A DNA stretch of 64,000 nt from an uncultured Deinococcaceae bacterium (GCA_964252075.1 CAXULY010000024.1:1-64000), one strand, 5' to 3'; positions 10,658-21,033 are shown, numbered from the stretch's first letter. The notes: generated by a model not told the origin, from the letters alone. A program made the numbers and translations.

Positions 10658-11004
10658 CTGGCGCCGTACCGTGGCGGTTTGAGCGACGTCCGAACCCATG
10701 GTGACACCGGGCAGGAACGCACCGTGGAGCCGCTTGGGTTCGACGGTGACACGCCCGTGCGACAGGTGAGGATCGGCCTTACAGACAAGGACCACACCTT
10801 CAAGTCCGTCATGAATTCGTGGCCGCACCCAGACATCCTGATCGGTGGCCCGCGCCCGTTCTGGCATGGCGGACCGGGCAACCGGACCGCACAGGAACGT
10901 GATGACGCCGGGCGAGTATCGCTGTTCAAAACGTCCAACGGTGAGACAGCCGCGTGTTCATCAAGCAGAGGGGCCGGCCGTGTGCCCGGCTTCCCTCCGT
11001 CCAA

Positions 11005-11478
11005 TCATCCGCTCTTCTTGGGTCGACCGGCGCGCTTGGGTGTGGCTTTGGTTGTGCTCTTTGCTGCGGGTTTCTTGCTGCGGCTGGCGCCGAGCTGCTG
11101 CCCCTTGTCGAAGCTCGCGGCCATCTTGCGGCGGGTTTCCTGTGCCAGGGCATGAAAGTCGATGAGGCCCTTCTCGATGTTCTCCACGGTGGGTTTGATC
11201 TTCCCACCCTTGCGCGCCACCGCGAGACTCCGGTTCATCTCCTGAAACCACTCGTCGAACTCAGGGGTGGCGTCGAAGAGCATGTCGCGGCTGTCTTTGC
11301 TGTAGGTGTCCTTGTCTCCGCGCGTGGTGAAGGCCTTTGGGAGCGTGAAGCGTTCCTGGATGTAGGCGGCCTCGAATCGTCCATCACGGACGGCATGCCG
11401 AAACACTTTGACGAACGTGTCACTGCGCTGTGGGTTGCTGAGTTCCTTGACCTGCTCACTGAGGCGCTTATAGGGCAT
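11005..11478 (-). CDS. Conserved Deinococcus-type hypothetical protein with Lys/Arg-rich C-terminal tail (possible DNA-binding protein)
   Basis: 157-aa ORF with good codon bias; extended -10 TGTTATGCT just before the ATG; tail KKPAAKSTTKATPKRAGRPKK. Confidence 0.8.
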   Translation of the reverse strand: MPYKRLSEQVKELSNPQRSDTFVKVFRHAVRDGRFEAAYIQERFTLPKAFTTRGDKDTYSKDSRDMLFDATPEFDEWFQEMNRSLAVARKGGKIKPTVENIEKGLIDFHALAQETRRKMAASFDKGQQLGASRSKKPAAKSTTKATPKRAGRPKKSG

Positions 11479-11573
11479 GGAAGAAGCATAACATCATCGA
11501 CGATTCAATGAATCTCGCACGAAGACGTCTTTTTATGTGGATATTGGCTGAAATCCAGAGATGATCGAAGTGT

Positions 11574-12023
11574 TCACGTGATTTCCGTCAAGTCTGGCGC
11601 TGGGGTTTCGTGAACCGCACGTCTGGGAGAGACGGGCTTCCGACGGGCCGCAGGATGTGCTGCGCTGGCCGCGTGGGGCAGTCCGGCGAGTTCCACGGTA
11701 AGGCGCGCGATGTGCTGATCCGAGAGCTGAACGTGCGCGATGCCACCCACGCGCTGCGGTTCGACCGCCCAGCTGAACGTCACCTGGATCTCATGGTCGA
11801 GGGACAGGGTCGTCACGGTCCCCAGCGCGTGGGCGGGCGTGGAGCGGTGCAGGAGGTCCATCACGGCGCTGCGCCCGATGATGGGCACGCTGGGGAGCAC
11901 CTGCACCATGACGTCTGGGTGCAGGACGGTCGTGAAGCCGGTGAAGTCGCGTGTGGTCACGGCGCGGTTGTACCAGGCGAGGTGCTGGCGGAAGGTGGTG
12001 AGGGCCTGGGTGGCGAGGCTCAC
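11574..12023 (-). CDS. NTF2/SnoaL-like domain protein
   Basis: WYNRAVTTRDF...LHPDV...IIGRSAV pattern of NTF2-like folds. Confidence 0.65.
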   Translation of the reverse strand: MSLATQALTTFRQHLAWYNRAVTTRDFTGFTTVLHPDVMVQVLPSVPIIGRSAVMDLLHRSTPAHALGTVTTLSLDHEIQVTFSWAVEPQRVGGIAHVQLSDQHIARLTVELAGLPHAASAAHPAARRKPVSPRRAVHETPAPDLTEIT

Positions 12024-12024
12024 G

Positions 12025-12330
12025 TCAGGGGAGCAGGTAGGTGTCGGGCTCGACTTCGCTCATCACCTCACCGATCAGGTCCCCCACGTGCTCTTTGAAG
12101 TCCGTGATGGCGTCCAGCTTGAAGTTCAGCTGGATGTCCGCCTGCCTCGCCACCACCAGCTGCAGTTCGAGGTCGTCGCCGAGCTCGTGGCGGAGGGTGG
12201 GGGTGAGCTGGTGCCTGAGGAGTTCCAGAATCTTGGTGGTGTTCCAGTGGCGTTCGCGAGTGGTGGTTTTGCCGGTTTTCTCCTTGATGGGGCGGGGTGG
12301 GACGAATTTGATCGTGACGGTTCGGTGCAT
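12025..12330 (-). CDS. Hypothetical protein (101 aa) transcribed divergently from lexA
   Basis: AGGAG RBS, ATG at 12330, MHRTVTIKFVPPRP...; strong GC3 bias. Confidence 0.75.
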   Translation of the reverse strand: MHRTVTIKFVPPRPIKEKTGKTTTRERHWNTTKILELLRHQLTPTLRHELGDDLELQLVVARQADIQLNFKLDAITDFKEHVGDLIGEVMSEVEPDTYLLP

Positions 12331-12383
12331 GTGATCTCCTTGGTGTTTCCTTTGATTCTGTTTTCCGCGTAGTGATGGTACGC

Positions 12384-12444
12384 GAAGTGCTTGACAGGAG
12401 TCAACACTTCTTGCACGATGCGAAAAAGCTTGCCACGCGTCAAG
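12384..12444. promoter_or_regulatory. Two related palindromes upstream of lexA (candidate LexA operators)
   Basis: GAAGTG-C-TTGAC-AGGA-GTCAA-CACTTC at 12384-12410 and CTTGCC-ACGC-GTCAAG at 12429-12444. Confidence 0.6.
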
Positions 12445-12457
12445 AAAGGAAGCCGAA

Positions 12458-13075
12458 GTGCCCCCCAAACTCACTGACACCCGCCTGCGCATCCTGCGCC
12501 TCATCGCCCGCCACGGCTGCCCCACCGCCAAAGAACTCCTCCCCCAGCTGAACATGACCCGCCAGGCCCTCAACCTGCACGTCCAGGTCCTGCGCGGCCT
12601 CGGCCTCATCGAGACCAGCGAGGACCGCTTCGCGCCCCTGCGCCTCGCCGAAGCGGGCCGCGCCCTCGTCGGCGACGGCGGCTTCCCCGTGGTGGGCAGC
12701 ATCGCCGCCGGCACCCCCATCTACGCCGACCAGGACATCAGCCGCACCGTGAACCGCCTCGATGAACTCCTGAACCTGCAGGAGGGCGACTTCTTCCTCG
12801 AGGTGCGCGGCGACAGCATGATCGGCGAGGGCATCCAGCACGGCAACCTCGTCGCCATCCGCCCCGTGCGCGAAGTGCGCGACGGCGAGATCGCCGCGGT
12901 CGTGCTGCCGGGTGAAGGGGTGGGGACCCTGAAGCGCCTGTACCGCAAGGGCCAGCAGATCGAACTGCACAGCGCGAACCCCAGTTACCCCGTCATGACC
13001 TTCCGGGCGGACGAGGTGCAGGTGCAGGGCCGCTACCTCGGACACGTGGCGCTCGGCGCGGCGAAGAGGAGCTGA
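12458..13075 (+). CDS. lexA: LexA family repressor
   Basis: N-terminal HTH; VGSIAAGTP (Ala-Gly cleavage site); VRGDSM (Ser); TLKRL (Lys). Confidence 0.95.
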   Translation: MPPKLTDTRLRILRLIARHGCPTAKELLPQLNMTRQALNLHVQVLRGLGLIETSEDRFAPLRLAEAGRALVGDGGFPVVGSIAAGTPIYADQDISRTVNRLDELLNLQEGDFFLEVRGDSMIGEGIQHGNLVAIRPVREVRDGEIAAVVLPGEGVGTLKRLYRKGQQIELHSANPSYPVMTFRADEVQVQGRYLGHVALGAAKRS

Positions 13076-13078
13076 GGA

Positions 13079-14314
13079 GTGAGCGTCAAGGACCGCACGC
13101 AGATCGCCTGCGTGCGGATGGCCCCCTACGCCCTGTGGTGGCTCGAAGCGCAGCACCCGGGCGTGCCCGTGGCGGTGCTGGAGGAAGAGGGGCGGCGCGT
13201 GGTGCACGTGAACGTGGAGGCGCACCTGCAGGGCGTGGAGGTGGGGATGCGGGTGCAGGCGGCCCTGTCCCGCTGCCCGGACCTGCACGCACAAGTGGTG
13301 AACGCACCGACCGTGGCCGCCGAGTGGGGGCGATTGCTGGAGTTCCTGTACGCCGGATACAGCCCGAGGGTCGAAGGGCACATGCCCGGGACGGTGTACC
13401 TCACGGTGACCCACCAGGCCGCGCGTGAACTCGCCACCACCCTGCATGCCCCGGTGGGCCTTGCGGGAAGCCAGGAAGTCGCGCTGCTGGCCGCGCTCAG
13501 AGCCAAGCCGGGGGAGGTGCGGGACCTCCTTCCGGAAGCGGAGAAAGCGTCCCTGCCCCTCACGCCGCTCTCCCACCTCACCGCCCTGGGCCTGTCCAGC
13601 CGCACGGTGGAGCGCCTGCACTTCCTGGGCCTGCGTGGACTCGCGGACCTTATGAAGTGGAGCAAAGCCCAAAGGGCGGCCTTCCTGGGTGGGGAGACCT
13701 CCATCATCGCGGACCTCCTTTCGGGCAAACGCACCGATCGTGTCGCGGTGTACCAGCCCAAGGAGACCATCGAGCGCGCCCTCACGTTCGATTCGCCCCT
13801 AGAGGAACCCGGGCAGGCGGAGGCGGCCCTGCAGGACCTGCTGGCCGGAACGCTCCAAGTGTTCCGAGGTCGCACCTGCGGATATCTCACCCTGCACGCC
13901 GAAACCATCGGCGGTCGGCTGTCCGCCACCCGCAAGCTCAAGTGGCCCCTCGACGAGCAGGGCATGCGGCGCGTCGCCCTGCTCACCCTGCAGGACACCA
14001 AAGCCCTCGGGTTGGGCGTGGACGCGATCACGGTGTCCTTCTCCGGCTTCGCCCAGCCCGCCCGGCAGGTCGGCCTGTGGCCGGACGCGCGTGAGCACGA
14101 CGCGGTCAAGGACCTGCTGGAGCGCTTCCCCTCCGCCCTCGTCCGGGTGGGCTGGCGGGACGCCTTCGCGCACGCCTTCGACGCCCAGTACGCCTGGCTG
14201 GACTTCGTGACCGGAGAGGAGCGCCCGCACCCCAACACCACAGGAGGGTCACAGGAGCCCACGCCCAGAACACCCGTCCACCACCGCGCGTTCTTCGAGC
14301 GGGAGGCCTCGTGA
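13079..14314 (+). CDS. imuY: Y-family DNA polymerase-like protein ImuY
   Basis: PVAVL...VVHVNVEAHLQGVEVGMRVQAALSRCPDL and YSPRVE; clamp-like QVGLW motif; sits between lexA and dnaE2 as in the Deinococcus cassette. Confidence 0.88.
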   Translation: MSVKDRTQIACVRMAPYALWWLEAQHPGVPVAVLEEEGRRVVHVNVEAHLQGVEVGMRVQAALSRCPDLHAQVVNAPTVAAEWGRLLEFLYAGYSPRVEGHMPGTVYLTVTHQAARELATTLHAPVGLAGSQEVALLAALRAKPGEVRDLLPEAEKASLPLTPLSHLTALGLSSRTVERLHFLGLRGLADLMKWSKAQRAAFLGGETSIIADLLSGKRTDRVAVYQPKETIERALTFDSPLEEPGQAEAALQDLLAGTLQVFRGRTCGYLTLHAETIGGRLSATRKLKWPLDEQGMRRVALLTLQDTKALGLGVDAITVSFSGFAQPARQVGLWPDAREHDAVKDLLERFPSALVRVGWRDAFAHAFDAQYAWLDFVTGEERPHPNTTGGSQEPTPRTPVHHRAFFEREAS

Positions 14315-14556
14315 AGGCCATCATCGAGCCCATCCCCGTCGAATCGAACGGCCACGGCCTGCCCCGGTCCTTCACCTGGCGCGGCCGCCGCCACCCGGTC
14401 CTGGAACTCGTGGACGGCTGGCGGTACCTGGGCCGCTGGTGGCGGAACGAACCGCCCAGGGACTGCTTCCTGGTGTCGTCCGGTCACCTCACCGCGGAGC
14501 TGCACCACGAAGACCGCGAGGGCGGCGCGTGGTGGCTGATGCGGGTGAGTGATTAG
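14311..14556 (+). CDS. Small ImuB C-terminal-like protein (DUF6504-type)
   Basis: GLPRSFTWRGRRHPV...WRYLGRWW...RDCF...WWLMRVSD. Confidence 0.85.
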   Translation: MKAIIEPIPVESNGHGLPRSFTWRGRRHPVLELVDGWRYLGRWWRNEPPRDCFLVSSGHLTAELHHEDREGGAWWLMRVSD

Positions 14557-14789
14557 CGGTCGGGCGGGGTGAGGCGGGTGGCGCCGATCAGGACCTCACT
14601 GAGCTGCGTGAGGTTGCGCGCCACCACCCAGCCCTCGTGCGCCCCAGCGTACACGCGCAATGTGCCGGTGTCGTCCAAGCGGAAGTGCAGGTGCCCGACG
14701 CGCGCCACGCCGCCGGTGACTGAAATGTCTCTGGCCTTCACCCCGAAGCGCTCCTTGAGTTCCTGCAGGAGCTTGAGTCCCCTTTCCAC
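14553..14789 (-). CDS. Hypothetical 78-aa protein lying antisense inside the mutagenesis cassette
   Basis: GTG start after GAGGG; MERGLKLLQELKERFGVKARDISV...; high GC3; fills the imuB(C)-dnaE2 gap. Confidence 0.55.
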   Translation of the reverse strand: MERGLKLLQELKERFGVKARDISVTGGVARVGHLHFRLDDTGTLRVYAGAHEGWVVARNLTQLSEVLIGATRLTPPDR

Positions 14790-14798
14790 GCCCTCACT

Positions 14799-17700
14799 AT
14801 GACGCAGACCAGGCGCGCCCTGAATGCCCTCCTCGCCTGCCAGTCGTTCTTCAGCGAGGGACGGTCCACGGTCAGTCCGTCGCGTCTGGTGCGGCTGGCG
14901 GCGGCTCGGGGCTTCTCGGCGGTGGGGCTGGTGGACTGGGTGAGCGTGGCGGGTGCGGTGGAGTTGTGCGACGCGGCGCGCGAACATGACCTCAAGGCCG
15001 TCATTGGGGCGACCTTGCCTGTGCTGTTCCCCAGCGAGGACAAGCGGAAGGCCACCGAAATGGCGCCCCTTGTCCTGCTGGCGGTCGGTCGAGACGGGTA
15101 CCGGGCGCTCAATGAGCTGATCACGCACGTAAACCTGGAGAGCCCCGAGGGCGTGCCGCTGAGCGTGCTCCTCGCGCACGCCCAGAATCTCGTCTGCCTC
15201 ACGGGGGGCCGAGGCGGCTTCCCGAACGTGTTGTTCCAGCAGAGACGGGTATCGGACATCTTGAGCCGTCTGCGCGTCCTGAAGGGTGCGTTCCGGGACC
15301 GTCTCTTCGTGCAGCTGGGGCACGGGGCGGGGCCGCACGAGGCGCGCCGCATCGGGTTCCTCCGCACCCTCGCGCGTGACGCGGGCCTGCCCGTGCTCGC
15401 CGCGCCGGAGGTGGTGATGGGCGAAGCGAAGGAAGCGCCCCTGCTGGACGCCCTGACCTGCGGGCGGCTGGGGATTGACGTGGAAACGGCGCACCCGGAG
15501 CGCCCCCGCAACGACCGGGCGCACCTGCGGGACCCACAGGCCTGGGCGCGCCTGCTGCCCTTCCCGGACGGCCTGCTCAACGCGGAGAAGCTGGTCAAGC
15601 TCTGCCATCTGGACCTGCTGCCGGAGCGCCTGACGCCCCCGGAGCCGAAGTTGCCTCCCGGCGTGAGTGCGCAGGAGGCACTCGAAGCGCGGGTGTTCGC
15701 GGCGCTGCCAGAGCGGTACCAGGGGGACCTGATCACGCAGGCGGACCGCCGTCTGAGGGAAGAGCTCGCGACGATCCGCAGCCTGCAGCTGGCGGGGTTC
15801 TTCCTGACGGCGGCGGAGGTGACGGATTACTGCCGGGAGCACGGCATTCTGGCAGCAGGACGTGGCTCAGCCGCCGGGTCCGTGGTGTGTTACCTGCTCG
15901 GGATCACCCTCGCCGACCCCATCAAGAACGACCTGCTGGTCGAGCGCTTCCTCCATACCGGTCGGGAGTCCATGCCGGACGTGGACATCGACATCGCCAG
16001 TTCCAGGCGGGATCAGGTGCTGGCGTGGGTGGAGGAGCGCTGGGGTCAGGAGACTGAAGCGATGGTCGCCAACCGCATCACGTACCGACTCCCCTCAGCG
16101 GTGCAGGATTTGGGGCGCGCGCTGGGCATCCCGCCAGAGCTGCGGGACCGGCTCACACGCGCCCTGGGACGCGATTACCGCCATCATCGCCCGCACCGCG
16201 CGGAGGAGGCCCTTCCCGTCTTTTCTGAGGTGTTGGGCGGCGCCCCGGTGCAGGAACAGCTGCTGAAGCTCCTGACCATGATGGAGGTGAAGTTCGTGCG
16301 GCACTTGGCGCCGCACAGTGGCGGGGTGGTGCTGAGCGCGCACTCCCTCACGCACTACAGCCCCATGAACCGCTCGACCGGCGGCATCAAGCTGCTAAGT
16401 TTCGATAAGGACGACGTGGAGAAGCTGGGGCTGATCAAGCTGGACCTGCTGGGGTTACGGATGCTCGGCGCCCTGGAGCGGGCAAGAGAGGAAGCGCTGC
16501 GCCTCACGGGGACCTGGGTGGAGTACGGGCACCTCCCGGATGACCCGGCCGTATGGGCGCGCATCGCCACGGGGGACACCATGGGCCTCTTTCAGATCGA
16601 GTCGCCCGCGCAGGTGCAGATGACGGCGCGCCTTCAACCCAGGACCATGACGCAGCTCGCGCATCAGATCGCCCTGGTGCGTCCCGGACCGATCCAGAGC
16701 GGCACCGTACACCCGTACGTGCGTCGCGCCAGGGGAGAGGAGCCCGTCCCAGAGAGCCGCGAGCCGATCCGGAGCATCCTGGCGTCCACGCACGGCACCC
16801 TGATGTTCCAGGAGCAGATCCTTCGGATCGCGCACCACTACAGCGGCATGAACTGGATCGAGGCGGATCGCTTCCGCGCTCAGTTGGGCAAGGTGGAGGA
16901 CGACGAGGAGCTGCTCCGGTTGCGGGACCGCTTCCTGACCGGGGCGGCCCGGACGTGCGAGGCCAGCACGGACGAAGCCTTGGGCATCTTCGCGATGTGC
17001 GCCGGTTTCCGCGGCTACGGCTTCGCGGAGAGTCACGCGCACGCCTTCGCCCTGCACGCCTACAACAGCGCCTGGATGCGCCACCACCACCCCGCCGCCT
17101 ACCTGGCGGGCCTCCTGACCGAGGCGCCGGGCATGTGGCCGGGCAGCACCATCGCGGCAGAGGCCAGCACGTGGGGCGTGACGCTCCTGCCCGTCTGCCT
17201 GAACCGCAGTGGCGTGGCGTACCGAGCGGAGGGCAGGTCACAGGTCCGCGTGCCCCTCACCGCCGTCGAAGGCATCACCCTGGAAACCGCGCAGGGCCTC
17301 GTGCTGGAGCGCCTGAGCCGCGGGAAGTACCGATCGGTCGAGGACGCCTACGACCGCCTCACCCTGAAGCGCGACCAGTTCGAGGTGCTCGTTCAAGCCG
17401 GGGCATTCGATGCCCTGACCGGCAGCCGGAGGAAGGCCTTTTACGCCCTGCAGGTCGTCGCGAACGCCCGAGCGCCTGGATTCCGCGCGCTCCTCACCTC
17501 GGTGGTCGAATCGCCTGAGTTGTCCGACATGACCCCAGAGGAACGCCTGCATCTGGACCTCGCGACGAAGGGCGTGAGTGAGTCCGGCATGGACGCCCTG
17601 GACCCGCACCGGGCGCGTTTGCGAGACCTGGGCTGCGTGTCGCTCGGGAACCTCAAGCACGGCCAGTCCTCCCGCACCGCTGGGCTCGTGGTGGCGAAGC

Positions 17701-17960
17701 AACGCCCCCCGACGGCCAAAGGATTCGCGTTCTTCGTCATTCAAGACCAGCACCACCGGGTGCAGGTCATCATCAGCCCGGACCTGTGGGAGGCGCACCG
17801 TCAGCTGCTGCGCGACGCAAATGGCCTCATCGTCCAGGGCGTCACCAGCGTGAACGGACGGGCGGTCACCCTCAAGGCCACCCACCTTGCCGAACTGCCG
17901 CTCGGCATCAGACGCCCTCAGCTGAACTTCGAGTCCCCCCACGGCTCAGCCGCCCGTTAA
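14799..17960 (+). CDS. dnaE2: Error-prone DNA polymerase III alpha subunit DnaE2
   Basis: GRGSAAGS, ERFL, PDVDID, RHLAPHSGG, KLDLLGL, GFAESHA; C-terminal OB fold RPPTAKGFAF. Confidence 0.97.
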   Translation: MTQTRRALNALLACQSFFSEGRSTVSPSRLVRLAAARGFSAVGLVDWVSVAGAVELCDAAREHDLKAVIGATLPVLFPSEDKRKATEMAPLVLLAVGRDGYRALNELITHVNLESPEGVPLSVLLAHAQNLVCLTGGRGGFPNVLFQQRRVSDILSRLRVLKGAFRDRLFVQLGHGAGPHEARRIGFLRTLARDAGLPVLAAPEVVMGEAKEAPLLDALTCGRLGIDVETAHPERPRNDRAHLRDPQAWARLLPFPDGLLNAEKLVKLCHLDLLPERLTPPEPKLPPGVSAQEALEARVFAALPERYQGDLITQADRRLREELATIRSLQLAGFFLTAAEVTDYCREHGILAAGRGSAAGSVVCYLLGITLADPIKNDLLVERFLHTGRESMPDVDIDIASSRRDQVLAWVEERWGQETEAMVANRITYRLPSAVQDLGRALGIPPELRDRLTRALGRDYRHHRPHRAEEALPVFSEVLGGAPVQEQLLKLLTMMEVKFVRHLAPHSGGVVLSAHSLTHYSPMNRSTGGIKLLSFDKDDVEKLGLIKLDLLGLRMLGALERAREEALRLTGTWVEYGHLPDDPAVWARIATGDTMGLFQIESPAQVQMTARLQPRTMTQLAHQIALVRPGPIQSGTVHPYVRRARGEEPVPESREPIRSILASTHGTLMFQEQILRIAHHYSGMNWIEADRFRAQLGKVEDDEELLRLRDRFLTGAARTCEASTDEALGIFAMCAGFRGYGFAESHAHAFALHAYNSAWMRHHHPAAYLAGLLTEAPGMWPGSTIAAEASTWGVTLLPVCLNRSGVAYRAEGRSQVRVPLTAVEGITLETAQGLVLERLSRGKYRSVEDAYDRLTLKRDQFEVLVQAGAFDALTGSRRKAFYALQVVANARAPGFRALLTSVVESPELSDMTPEERLHLDLATKGVSESGMDALDPHRARLRDLGCVSLGNLKHGQSSRTAGLVVAKQRPPTAKGFAFFVIQDQHHRVQVIISPDLWEAHRQLLRDANGLIVQGVTSVNGRAVTLKATHLAELPLGIRRPQLNFESPHGSAAR

Positions 17961-17991
17961 GCCCTCCATGACTCAGAGGAGGTGGGCCCCC

Positions 17992-18596
17992 TCATGCCTC
18001 ACGGATGCTCAACAACATCGCGCACCATCACGGACAGCGCGCTCTGTCAGTCCACCATGTCCTGCAGCGGCACCCGCGCGTCCCGGAACGCACGCAGCAA
18101 AAACCCGCAGCGGAACATGTCAGTGTGCAGGAGCGCCCCGGGCGACGACTGGTCCAGCCCCGCTTGCCGATCGTACAGGTACGCGATGGCCTTCCCGCCG
18201 TACCCGGGGCGGTCAAACGGGAACTTCACCGGTTCAGCCTGGAACAGGAAGGATGACGCGACGCTGGCGCGCGTGCCCACTCCATTCAAGTGCTTTGACC
18301 AGTCCGTGGGAATGGCGTCCAGCGCTGGGTCAATGGCCGCCCAGAAGGCGTCCGCGCTGCGCGCCCGGAGGGGTTGAGCCCAGAGCGCGCGCCGCGCGGA
18401 AGGCGGCTGGGTCACTGCTGGCCATGCGGTCCAGCGCCCCGATCACCCGCCAGAGTGACCTTGCGGGGTGCGTGCGGGAATCCCTACAGGTGCTGCTGGT
18501 CCTGCGGGCACTGGCGCGCAACCAATTCACCAATTCACGGACCTGCGCGTCCGCGACCCTCACAATGGGCGTGAAGCCCTGATGACCATCCAACAC
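17992..18596 (-). pseudogene. Frameshifted hypothetical gene
   Basis: Two overlapping protein-like frames (18330-18596 and 18047-18415), plus an in-frame stop near 18047. Confidence 0.4.
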
Positions 18597-18771
18597 CGCC
18601 CGCCGAGGCGCACCTGGAGGTTCACACGTGGACGCTCGTCCTGACTGCCTGGCTGGGCTTCAACGCCGCGCTCCTCGCGCTGCTGGTCGGCTGCGTGGTC
18701 CGGACGTTCCGCCCGCAGCAGCGACCCCGGTCCAGCGAGGCGGAGATCCCCGCGGAATTCGGTGTGACCCC

Positions 18772-19029
18772 ATGACGACCCCCCTCGCACGCGGCGAGAA
18801 GCGCGACCTCGGCGCCACCGGCGCCCTGAGCGGTGGCGACGTCAGCGTGTTTGGCCTGAACGACGCGCGCCAGCTGGCCGACGACCGTTCCTTCGTGTTC
18901 GACGACCAGCCGCAGAGTCCCCAGGGCGAGGTCCGCAGCGACACCCAGCCAAGCGGCGGGCGCGGGCGCTTCAATCCCAGCGCTCGCCTTCTTATTTCGC
19001 CCTTGTGCGAGCAGCCGCAACCTCCCTGA
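18772..19029 (+). pseudogene. TerD family N-terminal fragment
   Basis: LARGEK...DVSVFGLNDARQLADDRSFVFDDQPQSPQG matches TerD's DxSxFxL...DDxYFVFYNQxxSP; truncated. Confidence 0.6.
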
Positions 19030-19037
19030 CGCAGCCC

Positions 19038-19880
19038 CTACCCGGCGGGCGTACGCTGGAAAAGCGTGAACCGCGAGGCTTGCCGGCGCGCCATCCAGTC
19101 GCAGACCTCCCCGAGCGGCGCGACGGGCATCCCGGTATACGGCAGCACCGGCTGATACGGGGGCGGCCTGAACTCCGGCGTGAGGAACGAACGCTCCAGG
19201 CCCTGGCTTCGCTGAGCCTCCCACACCAGCGACCACCAGCGTTCGTGCGCCTGAAGCTGCGCGTCGAATTCAGGCGCGCGGGGATCGGACACCTGCGGGC
19301 CCTGCTCGAAGCCGACGCGGGCGTGCACATGCACCACGTGCGGCGCGACGCGCCGGAAGGTGTCCAACTGATCGTCGAGGAGGCGTTCGCCGACGCACAC
19401 CCAGTGGCTGAAGTCCGCGGTGAGGCGCAACTCCGGGAAGGCCTCCACCAGCCGCCGGGTGCCCCACGGGGTGAAGAGCGGGCGGCCGCGGTGCGTCTCG
19501 AACGCCACCGGGACGGGCGCGCCGCGCGCGGCCCCCAGCGCGCCGGCGAAGAACGCGTCGGCTTCGCGCTCACTCCAGTTGTCAGCGCCGGCGTGGACGT
19601 TCACGAGGGTGGGTTCGTGCCGCAGGGCCGCGTCGAGCTCCCGCCGGAAGCTCTCCAGGTGCGCGTCGACGCTCCGCGCGCCGGCGCGGGGGCCTTCGGT
19701 GAAGATCAGCGGGATGTAGTCAAGCGCGTGATCGCGCCGCAAGGCGTGGAAGTCCCCGGCGCTGGCCGCGTCCGGGAGGGGCGCTTCCACGCCCGCGTAG
19801 CCGTGCGCGCGGAAGGAGGGGAGGGCGTCTTTTAGGGGCGCGTCGACGCCCCACAGGTGACGGAATACGACGAGGTTCAT
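19038..19880 (-). CDS. Sugar phosphate isomerase/epimerase (xylose isomerase-like TIM barrel)
   Basis: GYAGVE, FETHRGR, LTADFSHW, HVHARVG and TPEF motifs. Confidence 0.88.
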   Translation of the reverse strand: MNLVVFRHLWGVDAPLKDALPSFRAHGYAGVEAPLPDAASAGDFHALRRDHALDYIPLIFTEGPRAGARSVDAHLESFRRELDAALRHEPTLVNVHAGADNWSEREADAFFAGALGAARGAPVPVAFETHRGRPLFTPWGTRRLVEAFPELRLTADFSHWVCVGERLLDDQLDTFRRVAPHVVHVHARVGFEQGPQVSDPRAPEFDAQLQAHERWWSLVWEAQRSQGLERSFLTPEFRPPPYQPVLPYTGMPVAPLGEVCDWMARRQASRFTLFQRTPAG

Positions 19881-20502
19881 CAACGTCCTGCCTTTCCGGG
19901 GGTGTCGGCGCCCGGGGCCGTGAAGCGCTTTGAGTCCTGACCATGATGGGAAGAAAGGGCGGTGGGCGTCCCAGGCGACGTGGTCACTGCGTGGGAAGTT
20001 CCCGCGGGTTTCCAGTTCACGGGGTCCAATCAGGCACGGACGCTGCGGCGTCTGCGCCCCGGCTCAGCGTACGACGGCCCGCGACGCCCAGGTCGCGGGG
20101 CTGACCTCGTATGGGGCAGGAGGTCTCCCAGCGAGCAAGCCGGGCGGCCCTTCAAGCCCGCACCAAGGGGTGTCCCGCTCGCGCCCGACCTCGTGGAGAC
20201 AGAGGGTCTTGCCGGTCTTCGAGGAGCGGTCTGTGGCTTCCACAACGGAGAGGACGGGCCGGTGGTTCTGAATGCCGGCGCTGCGCGGTGAGCGCGGCAT
20301 AAACGTGCCTCGCCACCCCCCGAACGCGTCGTTGGCTGACCCCTCGGCGGCGCGAGCGCGCCACGGTGAATTCCTGCTGGCCCGCAGGCTCAAGGTGCCC
20401 CTGCGGGGGTCGTGGGCGTGGAGGACCACGAGTGGGCCATGTCGCGTTCAACGCGTTCCAAGGAGTGAACGCCCATGCCCGGAAGCAACGATTTTCAAGC
20501 CC

Positions 20503-21033
20503 TCATGTGGGCGTCCACTTGACGATGTGCCCACCAGCCCTCATCTCGTACCGCACGACATCGAACCCGCCGCCGCGCCACAACGCCCGCTCCCTCCGGT
20601 GGAAGCCGAATCCCTCGTACACCGCGCACAACTTCGGGCGAGGGGCGCAGTTGAGGCGCAGAAAGGCCCGGCCCTGCGCGTGCGCCAGCCCGAGGGCGAA
20701 ACCCGGCATGGCCTGCGCGAGGCCGCGACCTGCCCGGTCCGGCCGCACCGAATTGTGCAGGTACAGCGCCTCACCGGCCGGCACGTCTGGCCAGAACACC
20801 GGGTCCTCCCCTTGCACGGTGAACACCCCGACGACCTCCCCGCCTTCCAAAGCGACGTGCAACTCACCGGCGTTTACGAGCGGTACGAGGAACTCAGGTG
20901 TGAAGTCATCTGGGGTCCACAACGCTTCGCCCCGTTCCACCAGGCGTTGTGCGGCTGCCCGCAGCACTTCGCGGGCCCCCGGCACGTCCCCGGCTGCGGC
21001 GGCCCTGATCACCACCTGTCCGAGCGGCGTCAC
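20503..21033 (-). CDS. GNAT family N-acetyltransferase (possibly degenerate)
   Basis: DPVFWPD...ALYLH..VRPDRAGRGLA...LRLNC...LCAVYEGFGF. Confidence 0.8.
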   Translation of the reverse strand: MTPLGQVVIRAAAAGDVPGAREVLRAAAQRLVERGEALWTPDDFTPEFLVPLVNAGELHVALEGGEVVGVFTVQGEDPVFWPDVPAGEALYLHNSVRPDRAGRGLAQAMPGFALGLAHAQGRAFLRLNCAPRPKLCAVYEGFGFHRRERALWRGGGFDVVRYEMRAGGHIVKWTPT

